DNA from: Saccostrea echinata
Taxonomy: Eukaryota
DNA length: 64,000 nt
Assembly (NCBI RefSeq): GCF_033153115.1
Contig: NW_026889803.1
Span: forward strand, 53,692,001 to 53,756,000
Direction of reading: 5' to 3'
In this document: positions 1 through 13,238 of the stretch, one piece after another
How positions within the stretch are numbered: position 1 is the stretch's first letter
How the letters are laid out: each line of letters starts with the position of its first letter
Translations under genes and position numbers: made by a program
The notes under the pieces: model-generated
Seen by the model: only the letters and a program-made list of their open reading frames with translations
Databases searched by the model: none
Told to the model about the DNA's origin: nothing

Positions 1-338
1 TGGTCACCATGCTCATTCTGGGTAAGGGTATCCTTATCCACCCATCCTATTGCCGAGATTTGGTCTTTTTGAGAAATTGGCTATTCTTGTTGTAAAAAAT
101 AACTTGCATGAAAGAAATATAAGACTCTGAAAAATCCCTCAGCTTCTGTGAACAGAACGCTACGGAGCATGTCACGTGACAGTCTGGATAACGTGATTCG
201 CGCATGGGCAGAATGGTGGAAGATGTGCATTAATATCGGAGAGGACTACTTTAAAAAATAATGAACACCGAAAACTAATTTTATTTCTTTTATGGAAGTG
301 ATTCAATTAGTTCGCGAACTTTTTGATCACCCCTCGTA
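1..338 (+). mobile_element. Degenerate mariner transposon 3' end (transposase C-terminal remnant + right TIR)
   Basis: Decayed HPxYxxDL-like segment (~30-70) and W.E.WKMCINIGEDYFKK* (~205-261), resembling the mariner WxKCIxxxGDY terminus; ends in AACTTTTTGATCACCCCTCGTA, the reverse complement of a TACGAGGG..TCAAAAAGTT mariner TIR. Confidence 0.7.
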
Positions 339-540
339 CTTGTATTTAGCATTTTCAATTTTTTTTCTCAAACATTTCTTAAAATCTTTGAAATAATCAA
401 AAGTGTTATTACATGTATATATGCAGAGAGTTATGCTAACATACATGTTGCCACCGTTTTATAGTATTCACCTAATCTTCAGAACAGGTAGCTGTATAAA
501 TCAGTACAAGTTAATTGTTAATCCTTATCTGAAAAAATTG

Positions 541-715
541 TAGTTAGCCAAACAAATGATACTACACCTTTTCAAGTATTTCTTGGCACGAGGCTGTCAT
601 TGGCGCCAAAGACGTCCCGTATAGGGCTTTTTGTAGTTAGTCAAACAAGTAATTCTACACCTGTTTAAGTATTTCTTGGCATGAGGTTGTCATTGCTGCC
701 AAAGATGTCCCGTGT
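541..715. repeat. Two-copy ~94-bp tandem duplication
   Basis: TAGTTAG.CAAACAA...AAGTATTTCTTGGCA.GAGG.TGTCATTG..GCCAAAGA.GTCCCGT at 541 and 635. Confidence 0.75.
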
Positions 716-1818
716 GGAACCCAAACTCCGGTATATTTTTCACATACATGTATTTAAAGGTCAAGGTATGCTCTCCTTCCAAGACCGATCTGTTTATATG
801 CTCATAAAGAGCAACCCTTGAGAAGAGAAATGCCATCAAGAGAACCCTGTTTCGTGTAAAGATGTCAAGAAAGAAGGATTTCATGTTGGTGTTGAATATT
901 CCAAATTTGGCGTTCTCTGACGTTGATATGGACTTTTATGCTAATTTTAAATTTGTAAAATTCTTTTACAATGCAATATGCAGATGCAATATGCCTTCCC
1001 ATTGCCTTCTCTCTGTTATTGCTGTTTTGACAATCTATGCATTCATGTCACACTTTAGGATTTAATGTGTCGTTTTAGAATTTCTTCTCACCATAGTAGT
1101 GCATGCTGATCTTGATTGATTTACAAATTAGAAACGATATATTGCGTAATTTAAATGCATTTTAACAATTAATTCTGCTTTTGTTAAAACAAAATATGAT
1201 GTTTAATATGTCTTGTATAAAGTGTAATTATAACAAAAATATATCACAAAACGGCCAAAGATATTACTGTAAATCGATCGTATAGCAGTATAGAAATGTC
1301 GCCATTTTGTTTAGCGGCAGCCATGTTGAAAATGGCGGAAGTTGCATTCATTTGACCAGCGACGATTTTAGAAACAGTTTTAACCGACTGATAATTGTGT
1401 TGAATTTCATGCTTGTCTCCACAAGTGAAATATTTGGGTGAAATTGTGCTTTTACTCTCTACACTAGGAAGACTAAAATAAGATAAATGAGTTGCTTTGT
1501 ATATGAAATTTTATATTCTGTGTTGGACATGAATCCGTGGGTCTCTTCATAGTAATGATACTATGAAAACAAAAACAACAAAAATAACCTAGGAAAATGA
1601 GTGATTTCACAGTATCTTCAAAGATGGCTTTTTGTAACCATTTGGTACATATCCTCGCTATATCCTTTTCTTCAGCATACCTAGCCTTACATTATTATTT
1701 TTTAAAAGAATTTTAAATAACATACAAATGTTTACCAAGCGTTTGAAGATCGAATGTTTATAAAGTACATGTAAATCCAATAAAGAAAATATTTTCGTTT
1801 AGTTTAATTTCTTTATAG

Positions 1819-3720
1819 GTGTATTATCCATTGATGTTGGCCAATGAAAATCTCCTCCGGAAATATAAAACCGTCTGTGTCGACAAATGGCCGGAGTTTG
1901 ATTGTGTGTTAGAGGTGGAAAACTTGGTACGTTGTGCAGATTATTTACATGTTCAGACAATCGAGACTTGTCTCTAGCAGCATTCATATTTTCAACTTAT
2001 TGTAGTTTGTTTTTCGGCGATCATATAATAGTCTTGCACTGACAAAATCAATAGAGTCTGATCCTCCTTCAAAAGGTATCTTATCCAGAGTAAAACGTTT
2101 AAACATATTTCTTTTACTACAAATGCAGATAAAACATGTTTGCTCACAAAAAGTTGCTGCATGAAATGTATACTTAAATACCTGATATTGTCAGGAATTT
2201 TTCAGGCTGATGATGTGTCCCCACACAGAGTGAATGCCTTCTGTAGGAGGGAGGAATGTAGTGTTCGTCTAAATAGCATGATTTGTCAGCTCCTTCAGAA
2301 ATCACCATGCGATATTCTCGTTTACGGTATCATTCATAGTAATCCTTTTGATCTTTGCAAGTGCGGATATTTCAGGTATATTTTGAAGTTCATTTTTAAT
2401 TCATAGAAATGCAAATGAGTTTTAATTACAAAAAGAAGACTTCTCACTGATATATATGTAATATTCTGATATTAGGTGGACCAAGACGGATGAAGGAGAT
2501 AATTTCTAAGTCAGGCGATCCAAACACCCCTAAGATTTCGGCTTCAGGGTGCTGTAAGCATTTTGTAATTTATTGTTTATTACTTGTTTTTCATTTAATC
2601 ACCATTTTGTGTAAGAAGTCTTTCCCAGGATGAGATATGTACCTCCACTTGACTGTACTATATACGGACATTTTTTTTGTTTTATACGTTCCTTCGCAAT
2701 CCATGGCTTTTCAGTCCGCAATGTTTCCCACAGAGTCGTTAATGACATGATCTGCCAAGGGGTCGTAGGGAGTTTTGGCTTGAAAAGATGATAGCACTGT
2801 CATTCTAACTGTACCGTTTTCCAATTTTTATTTAAACGTATACGAGGACAGTCTTTCGCGATTCTCAGACTCTGTATGTTTTTCTTTACGGAACCTATTT
2901 GTTCTTAACAGTAACGTCTGCGATTTCTCAATCCAACAGAAGCTCTTGAAGGTTTGGAAATACGTTTAAAATGCGTGTATTTGATCGGTTTGTTATATCA
3001 GTTAAAACATGTATTGATGATTCCATTTATCATTTAAGGAAGAAGTGAATATTGATATATAGTAGTAAATTCACTTGTCTGTCCAATACATAGGTGGATC
3101 CAAGAGTGTTCAAGGAACTGGCCCCACAGATCTTGGATTTAGCAATGCCTACAGAGTATCCAAAGATACCTTAAAGCGATGGTACATTAAATTTTTCATT
3201 TATTTTTATCGAACAATTCCTTTCTGAAAACCATTTTTTTTACCCATCCTGTCTCTTCTTTTGTTTGGAATTGTTGTAGTGAAGTTCCTCCCAATTTTTC
3301 TGTCACAAGCATAAAGAAAGAATACATGGACTTAATCCTAACTAATTGGCCGCACTCAAAAGTTTTAAGTGATGCAAAGGAATTTTTCACACCTATGGCC
3401 ACCTCCTTGGAATCTGTTTGTATCCTCAACGAATCAGGAGAACCTGCGGCTTGGGGTTTTGAACAACATTACGGAGCAATTGGGCTTATATATGTATTAC
3501 CAGAGTACCGTAGGAAGAAACTCGGCAGTGCTGTTGTTTCTCTTCTCTCGGAGAAAATCCTTAGGAAACATGACTTTGTGTACACAGCTATTGAGGCGGA
3601 AAACACCAAGTCCATTACATTGCATAAAAAGCTTGGCTACGAGGAATGTGACGTATATCCTGAACGTATCTTCAACTGGTTTCTTTACGAGAAAGAAAAG
3701 AAAGGAACAGATAAATGTTG
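1819..3720 (+). CDS. Glycine N-acyltransferase-like (GLYAT/GNAT) protein; exons 1819-1926, 2006-2089, 2206-2326, 2476-2553, 3094-3181, 3280-3720+; first coding exon unresolved, stop probably at the edge of the N gap
   Basis: Phase-consistent GT-AG exons give VYYPL...VCVDKWPEFDCVL (GLYAT N-terminal VDxWPxF motif) ...CEVPPNFSVTSI..MDLILTNWPHS...GAIGLIYVLPEYRRKKLGS (GNAT motif A) ...ENTKSITLHKKLGY (motif B). Confidence 0.8.
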
Positions 3721-3855
3721 NNNNNNNNNNNNNNNNNNNNNNNNNNNNNNNNNNNNNNNNNNNNNNNNNNNNNNNNNNNNNNNNNNNNNNNNNNNNNNNN
3801 NNNNNNNNNNNNNNNNNNNNNNNNNNNNNNNNNNNNNNNNNNNNNNNNNNNNNNN
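3721..3855. other. Assembly gap (135 N)
   Basis: Run of N characters. Confidence 1.
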
Positions 3856-4718
3856 CGTTAGCGCTTTCATTTCAAATTCTTCAGACGTTTTACTTTAAAC
3901 ATTTGACGTTAAAATGTTATCATACATGTATATATAAGTTGTTTCAAAGAAATGTTAGTAACCCTAAGAAACACGGGAATAATTCGTCCGGTGTTTGTAC
4001 TTTTCTCTGTTTTTCCATTACTTTTACATTACTGCAGATAAAAAATATTCCTGAAATAGTCAAATTATACGCAAATCAAGAGTTCAATTACTTGACTATA
4101 CTTTCTTAATACAAATGGTTAGGTGGGTGTTTTTATATCTCAGATGAAAACTTCATTGCTTTCACTGAAAGGCAATATTAAGCCATGGTGTTCAATGTCA
4201 GACTCCCATGCATTTTCCCAGTTTTAGCCACCTATCTTTCTTTCATTACCTTTGTAGAAGTTAGAAGCCACATCCAAAGTAAGGGTTAATTGGATTTCAT
4301 GTGTTTATTTTGCTTGTTTGTTTGTTTGTTTAGGGGGTCATAAAATGATTTTAAAGAAATGCAATAAACAAGACTAGCATAAATTACCATACCATATCTC
4401 GTTAATAGATTTTCCTTTATAATGATTCTGCATTACTCATTGCAGCATTTGAATAGAGGGCTTTAAAAAATATATTTCTGCATTGCGGTTATGCATCCAA
4501 GTTTAAACAAATAAATCATCTTGCTTTGCTCTTCCATTCGAGAACATCGGGAAAGTTTTTTTTTAATTGGATGTAAGACATTACAGCAACAATGCTTAAA
4601 AACTGAAAACGGAAACTATTCTTGTTTGATGAGTATTTAGAGGATATTATCTTGCATGCAAAATAGTGGAAATTACTCTTCCAAATTGTAAGGACCATCA
4701 AAATCATACATATTAATT

Positions 4719-5067
4719 AGGGATGTCAACGAATACTCGAACATTCGAATATTCATTCGATGAGTTGATATTCGAATATGAATTTAAGATTCGAATATTT
4801 GGTGTTTTTCTCAGATTTCATAAAAAGAAGTACTGTGTTTCATAAATTTTGATTAAAACAGTGCTGGAATTATCCTTGTTTAATTTACTAGCGATCAATT
4901 TCGATCTCCTGATTTCTTTCACTACTTTCTTATCGTATATATCTACTAAATTATTTTGTTTTGAGTAAGGTATTAAAGAATTATACAACAATGTTTAATG
5001 TATAGTACAAAACGTATTTTCCTAGTTTTTATTAAATAAATACGATCGGATCTAGAATCGATAATAT
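4719..5067. mobile_element. Insertion in the B-box pseudogene, hAT-MITE-like left end (tAGGGATGTCAACGAATA with TTCGAATA subterminal repeats)
   Basis: Interrupts B-box homology exactly; flanked by direct repeat TATTAATT (4711-4718, 5068-5075); matching right TIR not visible. Confidence 0.55.
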
Positions 5068-5266
5068 TATTAATTCATATGCAAAGAATATACAGCGGTA
5101 TTTTGTGGTAAATGTCTCGTCAATTCCCACAATAAGCATTTCATGGAGGATCTAGAAGATCTGTGAAAGTCTAAAATTGAGATGATTGAAAAAGAACGTA
5201 ATGTTGTTACGGTTCATACTTTATGTAAGAAGTCAAGAAAATCAAAAGAAATGGATTGGTGTTTGG

Positions 5267-7505
5267 TCTTTGTCCAACACAGAGCTTCTGGTAAAGTCAG
5301 CGGCATTGAGCGGCATTTGTCCAACACACAGCTTTTGTTAAAGTCAGCGGCATTGAGCGGCATTTGTCAAAAAGAGAGCTTCTGGTAAAGTCAGTGGTAT
5401 TGAGTGGCACTGTCCAAGACAGAGCTTCCGGTAAAGTCAGCGGCATTGAGCGGCATTTGTCAAAGACAGAGCTTCTGGTAAAGTCAGCGGCATTGAGCGG
5501 CAATTGTCCAAGACAGTGCCTCTGGTAAAGTCAGCGGCATTTGTCCAAGACAGAGCTTCTGGTAAAGTTAGCGGCATTGAGCGGCATTTGTCCAAGACAG
5601 AGCTTCTGGTAATGTCAGCGGCGTTGAGCGGCATTTGTCCAAGACAGAGCTTCTGGTAAAGTCAACGGCATTGAGACTGCAGCCACAAACTTTTCTCTTT
5701 TTTCTCTGTTTTTTCCTCCTCTAAAGCGATGTCCTTTTCTTGTTGTTGACATACTGTAAGAACAGGCTATTCCTTCATGTAAGAAGTCACAAAAGATAAG
5801 ATTACTTTTAGTTTATAGAAAACTACCAGTACTAAGAAATATCTTGGGTAAGATGTTTTAAAAACTTTTCTAAGAGTCAAAGCATGGTATTTGTCCAACA
5901 CAGAGCTTCTGGTAAAGTCAGCGGCATTGAGAGGCATTTGTCCAACACAGAGCTTCTGGTAAAGTCAGCGGCATTTGTCTAAGACAGAGCTTCTGGTGAA
6001 GTCAGCGGCATTGAGCGGCATTTGTCCAACACAGAGCTTCTAGTTAAGTCCAACACAGCAACACAGTGCTTCTGCTAAAGTTCTAGTTGCAAAGTTTAAA
6101 TAACATATGAAAAGTTTAATTCTTCTCAAAAAAAGGTTTTATTCACTTTTGTCCAAGGAAAATGCTTTTGCCTAAAAAAAAAGGTGCACAGGAGGTCTCA
6201 AAAATTAATGTGTGCTTAAATAATGTTTTCTTTAGACCAAGGATAGAAGAATCTGAATTACATTAATTCTTTTCCTACTGATAAAAGAACTTATAATTGA
6301 CAGAAGGTTTACCATTCTATCTATGAAAGGTAATGTAAAGATATTTGTTTTTCTTTAATGGCAAGGATTTTATCATAAAGTAGCATTTATGTTTTTCCAC
6401 TTTCTTTTGATCATATTTCATTATTATATAGATAATACAATAATATTAGATTAAATTTACTTCTCTAAATAGCATAATCCTGGCTGGTTATTAGCCAAAA
6501 AGCATGTCTTGGACAAATGCCGCTCAATGCCGCTGACTTTACCAGAAGCTCTGTCTTGGAAAAATGCCGCTGACTTTACCAGACTACCATTACTGTAATG
6601 CCTAATTAGCATGCTTCTTGGCTAATAACCAGCCAGGATTATGCTATTAAGTGAAGTCAATTCAATCTAATATTATTGTATTATCTATATAATAATAATG
6701 ATAATATGATCAAAAGAAAGGGTAAAAACATAAATGGTATTTAATGATAAATTCCTTGCCATTAAAGAAAAATATCTTTACAGTACCTTTCATAGATAGA
6801 ATGGTAAACCCTCTGTCAATGATAAGTTATTCCATCAGTAGGAAAAGAATTAATTGTATTTCAGATTTTTCTATCCTTGGTCTAAACTAAACATTATTTA
6901 AGCACACATTAATTTTTGAGACCTCCTGTGCACCTTTTTTTAGGCAAAAGAATTTTCCTTGGACAAAAGTGAATAAAATACATTAATTTTTTTAGGCAAA
7001 AGAATTTTCTTTGTACAAACGTGAATAAAAACATTTTTTGAGAAAAGTTAAACTTTTCATATAAGTTATTAAATTTGCAACTAACTTTAGCAGAAAAACT
7101 GTGTTGGACTTTACCAGAAGCTCTGTGTTGGACTTTACCAGAAGCTCTGTGTTGGACAAATGCCGCTCAATGCCGCTGACTTCACCAGAAGCTCTGTCTT
7201 GGTCAAATGCCGCTGATTTAATAGAAGCTCTGTGTTGGACAAATGCCTCTCAATGTCGCTGACTTTACCAGAAGCTCTGTCTTGGACAAATGCCGCTGAC
7301 TTTACCAGAAGCTGTGTGTTGGACAAATGCCGCTCAATAGGCTGACTTTACCAGAAGCTCTGTCTTTGACAAATGCCGCTCAATGCCGCTGACTTTACCA
7401 GAAGCTCTGTCTGAGACAAATGCCGCTGACTTTACTAGAAGCCCTGTGTTGGACAAAATGCCACTCAATTCCGCTGACTTCACCAGAGGCACTGTGTTGG
7501 ACAAA
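5267..7505. repeat. 47/37-bp GC-rich minisatellite in four blocks: 5267-5674(+), 5890-6080(+), 6505-6585(-), 7085-7505(-)
   Basis: Unit CAGCGGCATTGAGCGGCATTTGTCCAAGACAGAGCTTCTGGTAAAGT; a variant lacks one 10-bp GCGGCATTGA subunit. Confidence 0.9.
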
Positions 7506-7722
7506 TACCATGCTTTGACTCTTAGAAAAGTTTTTAAAACATCTTACCCAAGATATTTCTTAGTACTGGTAGTTTTCTATAAACTAAAAGTAATCTTATC
7601 TTTTGTGACTTCTTACATGAAGGAATAGCCTGTTCTTACAGTATGTCAACAACAAGAAAAGGACATCGCTTTGGAGGAGGAAAAAACAGAGAGAAAAAAG
7701 AGAAAAGTTTGTGGCTGCAGTC
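5675..7722. repeat. ~2-kb inverted duplication (arms ~5675-6506 and ~6608-7722)
   Basis: 5675-5900 is a near-exact reverse complement of 7495-7722; 6080-6506 is a more diverged reverse complement of 6608-7100. Confidence 0.9.
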
Positions 7723-9082
7723 AGAAAAGCCAAAGATTGTTATCTCAAACAGGCTAGGGAGAAAAAGAAGAAAAATCTTCAACTCCTGGAAAAACAGAAA
7801 GAGACAATCATAGGAAATTTAGAGAAACCTAAAATAAATTGATCTTGCTATACCAGACAATCACATTACCCGTGAATAGATTTTTGCCCTCTGCATGTTA
7901 GACATCAAACCATTACCTGAAGTGCCGCAATTTCACAATGTATCCTCTCCTGAATTTGCTCCAAAAATTGACTTGTTGGAGGAAGTAATGGATTAATTTG
8001 GAAATCTTGCAATTACATTTACTAAAATAATTAAAGAAACATGGGGGAAATTCTGTATTCTTCAAATTTCCTTTTCAAACCAAATTATTACATACAGATA
8101 CTAGTATTGTACGATAATATAATATTATCAGATGGAGGCTTTCATAGGAGTATCCATAAAATAATAAAACTATATTGTTCGAAATAGCATATAGCTTGCG
8201 CTTTTAATTTCAGAATTACAATCTCAGTAGCCCCTAGAGCAGAGATCATCAATTGTCGAGAACATAACAAGAACATTTAACTCTACTAGATGAAATTTCG
8301 CGCAAGTGCGGGGAAGTGAATTTTTACCACTACTTAAAGAACATTTCGAATAAAATATATCATAGTTTCTACTAACAGTTAATTAATTACAGGCTTATAA
8401 CAGGGAGAAATACTTTGTTCAAAATCCCGCAGTTAGTTTTGGAGCAGAAATAAGTATATCCCCCTTTTGTGAAAACTTGACAAATATCATTTTCATTAAT
8501 TAACGTTCAGTTTGAAACCTGTTATACTACGTTATACTATATGGGGTATTTTCCAAAAACCCCATACGTTACATTTATAAACGTGTATATAAAACTGGGT
8601 GATTTTAGAAAGGTTCCTTGACAGGCAATAATGTGCTACTTTAATACTGGTTATCAAATACGTTTCAAGGACTCGTGGTCTTTGTCTCCATTATTTTCAA
8701 GACTTAATGATGTTTGGAAAAATGTAAATCCTTACGTCTTCCTCTTTGATATATTAAAGGTGGAAAAGATGGACAGATTAAACTAAGACTTAAGTTACGT
8801 TTTATTTACAAACCATACATGTGTAAATTCCCGATTCAGCTAGTAAAACTAAGTCACACATACTAAGAACATTTAATCTTTCGAAAATTGCTTTTTCAAA
8901 AAAAATCATTTGGTACCTTTTTCATGTCCTCGTTACATTTTTTCAGCATTCAAACCTTATATTTTAATTTTTTTTAACACAATAGCAAAAATATTTACCA
9001 AGAGTTGGAAGAGAAATGTTTAAAAAGTACGTATATGTAAATACAAAAAAATATCTTTTCATTCAGTTTAATGCCTATGTAG

Positions 9083-9560
9083 GTGAATTATCCACTGATC
9101 TTGTCTCAAGAAAATCACCAAAATTACAGTATCATCTGTGTCGACAAAGGGTCGTAGTTTAATCTTGTGTTAGAAGTGTGAAACTTGGTAGTTGCGCAGA
9201 TTATTTAATATATGCAGACAATCAGGACTTGTGCCTAGTATAACTCATGTTTTCAACTTATAGTTTGTAGTGTGCACTGTAACTTACTTTGCTGTTTTGC
9301 AATCCAATATTTCTAGGTGGACAAAAATATTAGAGTACTACTAGTATGTTCCTCCTTCAAACACTATCTTATCCAGAGTCAGTATTAAATTTAATTTAAT
9401 TTTTTTTTTTTTTACAATCTTAATAACAGACTAACATGTCTACCTACAAAATTTATGCTAGATAAAATTTTACGTAAAAAAAACTATCCCTACACAGAGT
9501 GAATGCCTTCTGTAGGAGAGAGGAATGTAGTGTTCGTCTAAATAGCATGATTTGATATCC
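9083..9560 (+). pseudogene. GLYAT-like pseudogene (remnants of three exons; downstream exons missing)
   Basis: 9083-9187 reads VNYPLILSQENH..IICVDKGS*FNLVLEV*NL, paralogous to exon 1819-1926; 9320-9380 and 9490-9555 match 2041-2090 and 2221-2285. Confidence 0.8.
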
Positions 9561-10269
9561 TTCTCTATCACTCATAGTAATCATTTTAATTACATTTTTG
9601 CAAGGACTGTCCAATAGCACATCGTTTAAACAAACTTAAAATTATTTAGAATGGCGAATTCTTACCAATCACAAATTGAAACTTTACACTAGTAACTGAA
9701 AAGGTGTACTCAAAAATTGTTCCCTATTTAAAGCTTATTGTAAATTTAATTCAAAGTCATATTATCTAAATTTTGTTATTTCAAATGGCTACCAATAAGT
9801 TTTTTAAGCAGTTGAAAAATGGAATATTAATCAAAGTGCAAGTTAGTGAAAACAAGTTGAAATAACAGTCATGAAATACGGTAAAAATTGACTACCAATT
9901 AAATATATCAGATAAACTGAGTAAATCGACCTCAAAATGTTAGACATAACACTGTTTCGTTTATAGATTTTCCTTTATAATGATTCTGAATTGCGCATTG
10001 CAGCATTTGAATAGCGGACTTTAAATCTATTCTCTCGATGCACTTAAACTGAAACAAGATACAAGAATTTTGTTATACTCTCCAATTCGTGAGCAGTTCC
10101 GTCAAAACGTACGGACTTTTTTTTAAAATAAATGCTGGTTTGGATCTAAGATATCGCAGCAACAACTCTCAAAAACATCAAACGAACAACGTGTTTATTG
10201 TTTTGTGAGTACTAGTATTTAAAGCTATATATATATATATCTTGTTTTACAAAAGATCTTTAGAACAAG

Positions 10270-10878
10270 ATGGAAAGTACTCTTCCAAAATGTAAGACCC
10301 ACCAAGATCGTACATGTGAATTCTTCTGCAAGCAGTGTGAAGCTGTGATATGTGGTAAATGTCTCGTTAGTTCCCACAAAAAACATGACGTGGAAGATTT
10401 GGAAGATCTCTGGAAATCCAAGAAAGAGATAATTGATAAAGAGAGCGAGACAGTTAGAAATGTGGTTACACTGTATCAACAGCTAGAAAATGACATCTCT
10501 CTGGAGGAGGAAATAATGAAAGAGAAATACCAGATCATTGAAAATGACATCACAATGCATGGAGAAAAACTAGAGGCAGCAGTTAGGAAAGCCAAAGAGA
10601 GTTATCTCAAACAGGCAAGGGAGAAAAAGGGAGAAGACCTTAAATTCTTGGAAAAACAGAAAGAGACAATCAAAGGGAACATAGAAAAAGCTCGAAAAAT
10701 GGAGCTTGCTATTCCAGACAGTAACAATACCTGTGAAGAAATCCTTGCTTTCTGCAGGTTAGACATCAAAGAATTACCTGAAGTGCCAAAACTTTCCAAG
10801 GTATCGCCTCCCGAATTTGCTCCAAATATGGACTTGTTGCAGAATATAATTGATAATTTCGGAAATTTAGCAATTTGA
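10270..10878 (+). CDS. Single-exon B-box type 2 zinc finger + coiled-coil protein (RING-less TRIM-like), 202 aa
   Basis: CKTH-x5-EFFCKQCEAVICGKCLVSSHKKH B-box pattern followed by a charged helical region; intact ORF with a paralogue at 12145. Confidence 0.85.
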   Translation: MESTLPKCKTHQDRTCEFFCKQCEAVICGKCLVSSHKKHDVEDLEDLWKSKKEIIDKESETVRNVVTLYQQLENDISLEEEIMKEKYQIIENDITMHGEKLEAAVRKAKESYLKQAREKKGEDLKFLEKQKETIKGNIEKARKMELAIPDSNNTCEEILAFCRLDIKELPEVPKLSKVSPPEFAPNMDLLQNIIDNFGNLAI

Positions 10879-12144
10879 TTTCTCCCAAATAATTTCAGAA
10901 AAAGTGGAGGGAAACACGACATTTTGTTTTTCATTTCAAGTAAATAACTTTATGTTTCATTGTATGTAACATGTGTAAGACGATGTTTCTTTTCATTATA
11001 CTTGTTCATGTTTTCCTTAGTACAAGTTAATTTTATTTCTCGATACATTTGTATCATGAAATATATGCAAAGACTTCATTTGTTCCTCAAGGAAATGTCC
11101 TGTCAGACTGTTCTGGGGCTAGAAAAAAATTATCATTATTTGAAGGTTTAATGGTTCGAGTGACAAAGTTAGTAACAACTAATATTCCTTTGTAATGTTC
11201 ATCATTACATTGAAAGAACTTGCTTTTAATTCAAGATCTTCAGTCTATTAAGTGACCATTGAGTTAAAAAAAAGATAAAATGGGGGAAGACAAGACATTA
11301 TGTGTTGAATTAAAGGGAAAAAAAATAGGAATTATATTTGACAACCATTTATAACACATGCGACATGAAATTTACAAATAATGACTCCTATAATCATTAT
11401 TAAATTCATGCAGCTTGTCTCCTAGAACTTCAGGAGTAAAGAAGAATTTTAATATAGATAAATTAAATACATTTTTTTAATTTCCCAGCGTGCCATGTTT
11501 CTCAGTCTTTGCTTATTATTAAGGAATAAATAACATCTTTAAAGATACACTGTATAATAAACTTTAAATAAATGACAAGAGTTTCAACTTTGGGACTGAA
11601 CATTGGATCCAGGGAACGTAAATTTTTACAATTTCTGTAGAGGGCTATATGCTCGAGCTCATAATGGATATACTGCTAGGTTCCATGAAAAGTGAAGAAA
11701 AATTTCAAAGATTTAAAAATTATCAATATACTTATCCCCTCACTGAAACCTGAACCCTGGACCTTGTGGCTATGAATTGTGCAGAAGATAAATTGTAAAA
11801 TGTTAAAAAAAAATAAATAAATAAATAAATAAATAAAACTTCTAAAAAGCTTCTGTTTATTGATTTTTTCCACAACATTGACCTTGTAAATGCTTATTGG
11901 GGCATTTGAATAGACACACTTTAAATCTATATATAACTAAGTTCCTTATTTAAACAATTTTGAATTGAGGCATTGAAGATAAAGTCTCAATGTCGCCTAC
12001 GGTTCAAGACTTTTCTCGAAACTTCCAGAGCATTTGAAAACGTGCGCTTCGAAAGTACTGTGATAGCATCAAAAGCAATGAATGATCTTAGGTAGTTTTG
12101 AGGACATTCTTCTTTGAAGAGGTTTTCAACATTTCCAGAAGAAA

Positions 12145-12753
12145 ATGGAAATTACTCTTCCAAAATGCAAGGCTCATGAAAGTCATACATGTGAATTCTT
12201 TTGCAAACAGTGTGAAGCTGTGATATGTGGTAAATGCCTCGTAAGTTCCCACAAAAAACACGAGGTGGAAGATCTGGAAGATCTTTGTAAGTCTAAGGGA
12301 GAATTAATCGCCAAGGAACGCGATATGGTAAGAAACGCCATTTCCCTGTATCAACAACTGGAAATGGATATAGATGTCGAAGAGCAAGTCATGAAAGACC
12401 AGTACCGTATCATTGAAACTGATATCGTAATCCATGCAGAAAAGCTCGAGGCAGCAGTCAAAAAAGCCAAAGAACAATTCCTTGAAGAGGCCATAGAAAA
12501 AAGAGTGGATGATGTTATACTCCTAGAACAACAAAGAAAGGAAGTCTTAAGAAACTTAGAAGAAGCCCGAAGCATGGAACATATTCTGCCAGAGAGACTC
12601 GATACTTGTGAGAAAATACTCGCTTTCTGCAAGTTAGAGGTTAAATCCTTGCCCCCAGTGCCGAAACTTCAGAGGATATCGCCTCCCGAATTTGTTCCAA
12701 ACACCGACCATTTGGAGAAAATGAGGGATCATTTTGGAAATCTCGTGATTTAA
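12145..12753 (+). CDS. Single-exon B-box + coiled-coil protein, 202 aa paralogue
   Basis: Same length and colinear with 10270-10878; identical B-box core CEFFCKQCEAVICGKCLVSSHKKH; conserved C-terminal SPPEF.PN...FGNL.I. Confidence 0.85.
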   Translation: MEITLPKCKAHESHTCEFFCKQCEAVICGKCLVSSHKKHEVEDLEDLCKSKGELIAKERDMVRNAISLYQQLEMDIDVEEQVMKDQYRIIETDIVIHAEKLEAAVKKAKEQFLEEAIEKRVDDVILLEQQRKEVLRNLEEARSMEHILPERLDTCEKILAFCKLEVKSLPPVPKLQRISPPEFVPNTDHLEKMRDHFGNLVI

Positions 12754-13236
12754 TCTACAAAGCAACGCAACAACATTTAGGCACTGTAAATTTAGATTTT
12801 TAGAAACAAAAATAAAGAGATAAAATATATTTTAATACTTTATTTTGAAGAAGTAACATAACATTATGATAGATATACTGAATTCAAAGCCATTATTTTT
12901 CATATGTAATCCAAATGTTTATTGAAATTAAGAATTATTGTAAATAAATGTATTTATGAAAATGAAATGTTTAGAACATATTGAAATATTTAGGATTTGG
13001 ATTTGCAGATTCTTTGACGTTATTTTTGTTTTTAAAAGCACAATTGCACAATTGTTCGTTTACTCTCAATTTCGATCTAAGTTTATTGTGTTCAAAAGAA
13101 AAATGCATTCCATTCCGTATTATCCTGCAGCAACATGCATAACATAGAACAGTAATACTAGCTTTATATATAACAAAGAGTTCGTGAAGTTGAAAAGATT
13201 TATTGATCTTATTAAAAACATGAATCAATGAGAGCA

Positions 13237-13238
<2 letters not shown>

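Larger units (their letters stand above)
4666..8014 (+). pseudogene. Disrupted B-box/coiled-coil paralogue of 10270-10878
   Basis: Three homologous pieces: 4666-4718 (gtgEITLPNCKDHQNHT), 5074-5210 (FICKEYTAVFCGKCLVNSHNKH..EDLEDL*), ~7630-8014 (AAVRKAKDCYLKQARE...PEFAPKIDLL...FGNLAI), with stops, an internal deletion and large insertions. Confidence 0.85.

Noticed and set aside
3369-4109. 246-aa ORF overlapping the GNAT exon
   Set aside because: Alternative frame that stays open only because it runs through the N gap
5182-7628. Repetitive ORFs (MPLTLPEALS..., SAALSGIC...)
   Set aside because: Translations of the 47-bp minisatellite; no splice or domain support
10602-12632. Antisense ORFs opposite the B-box genes
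   Set aside because: Shadow ORFs of the coding strand with no independent support
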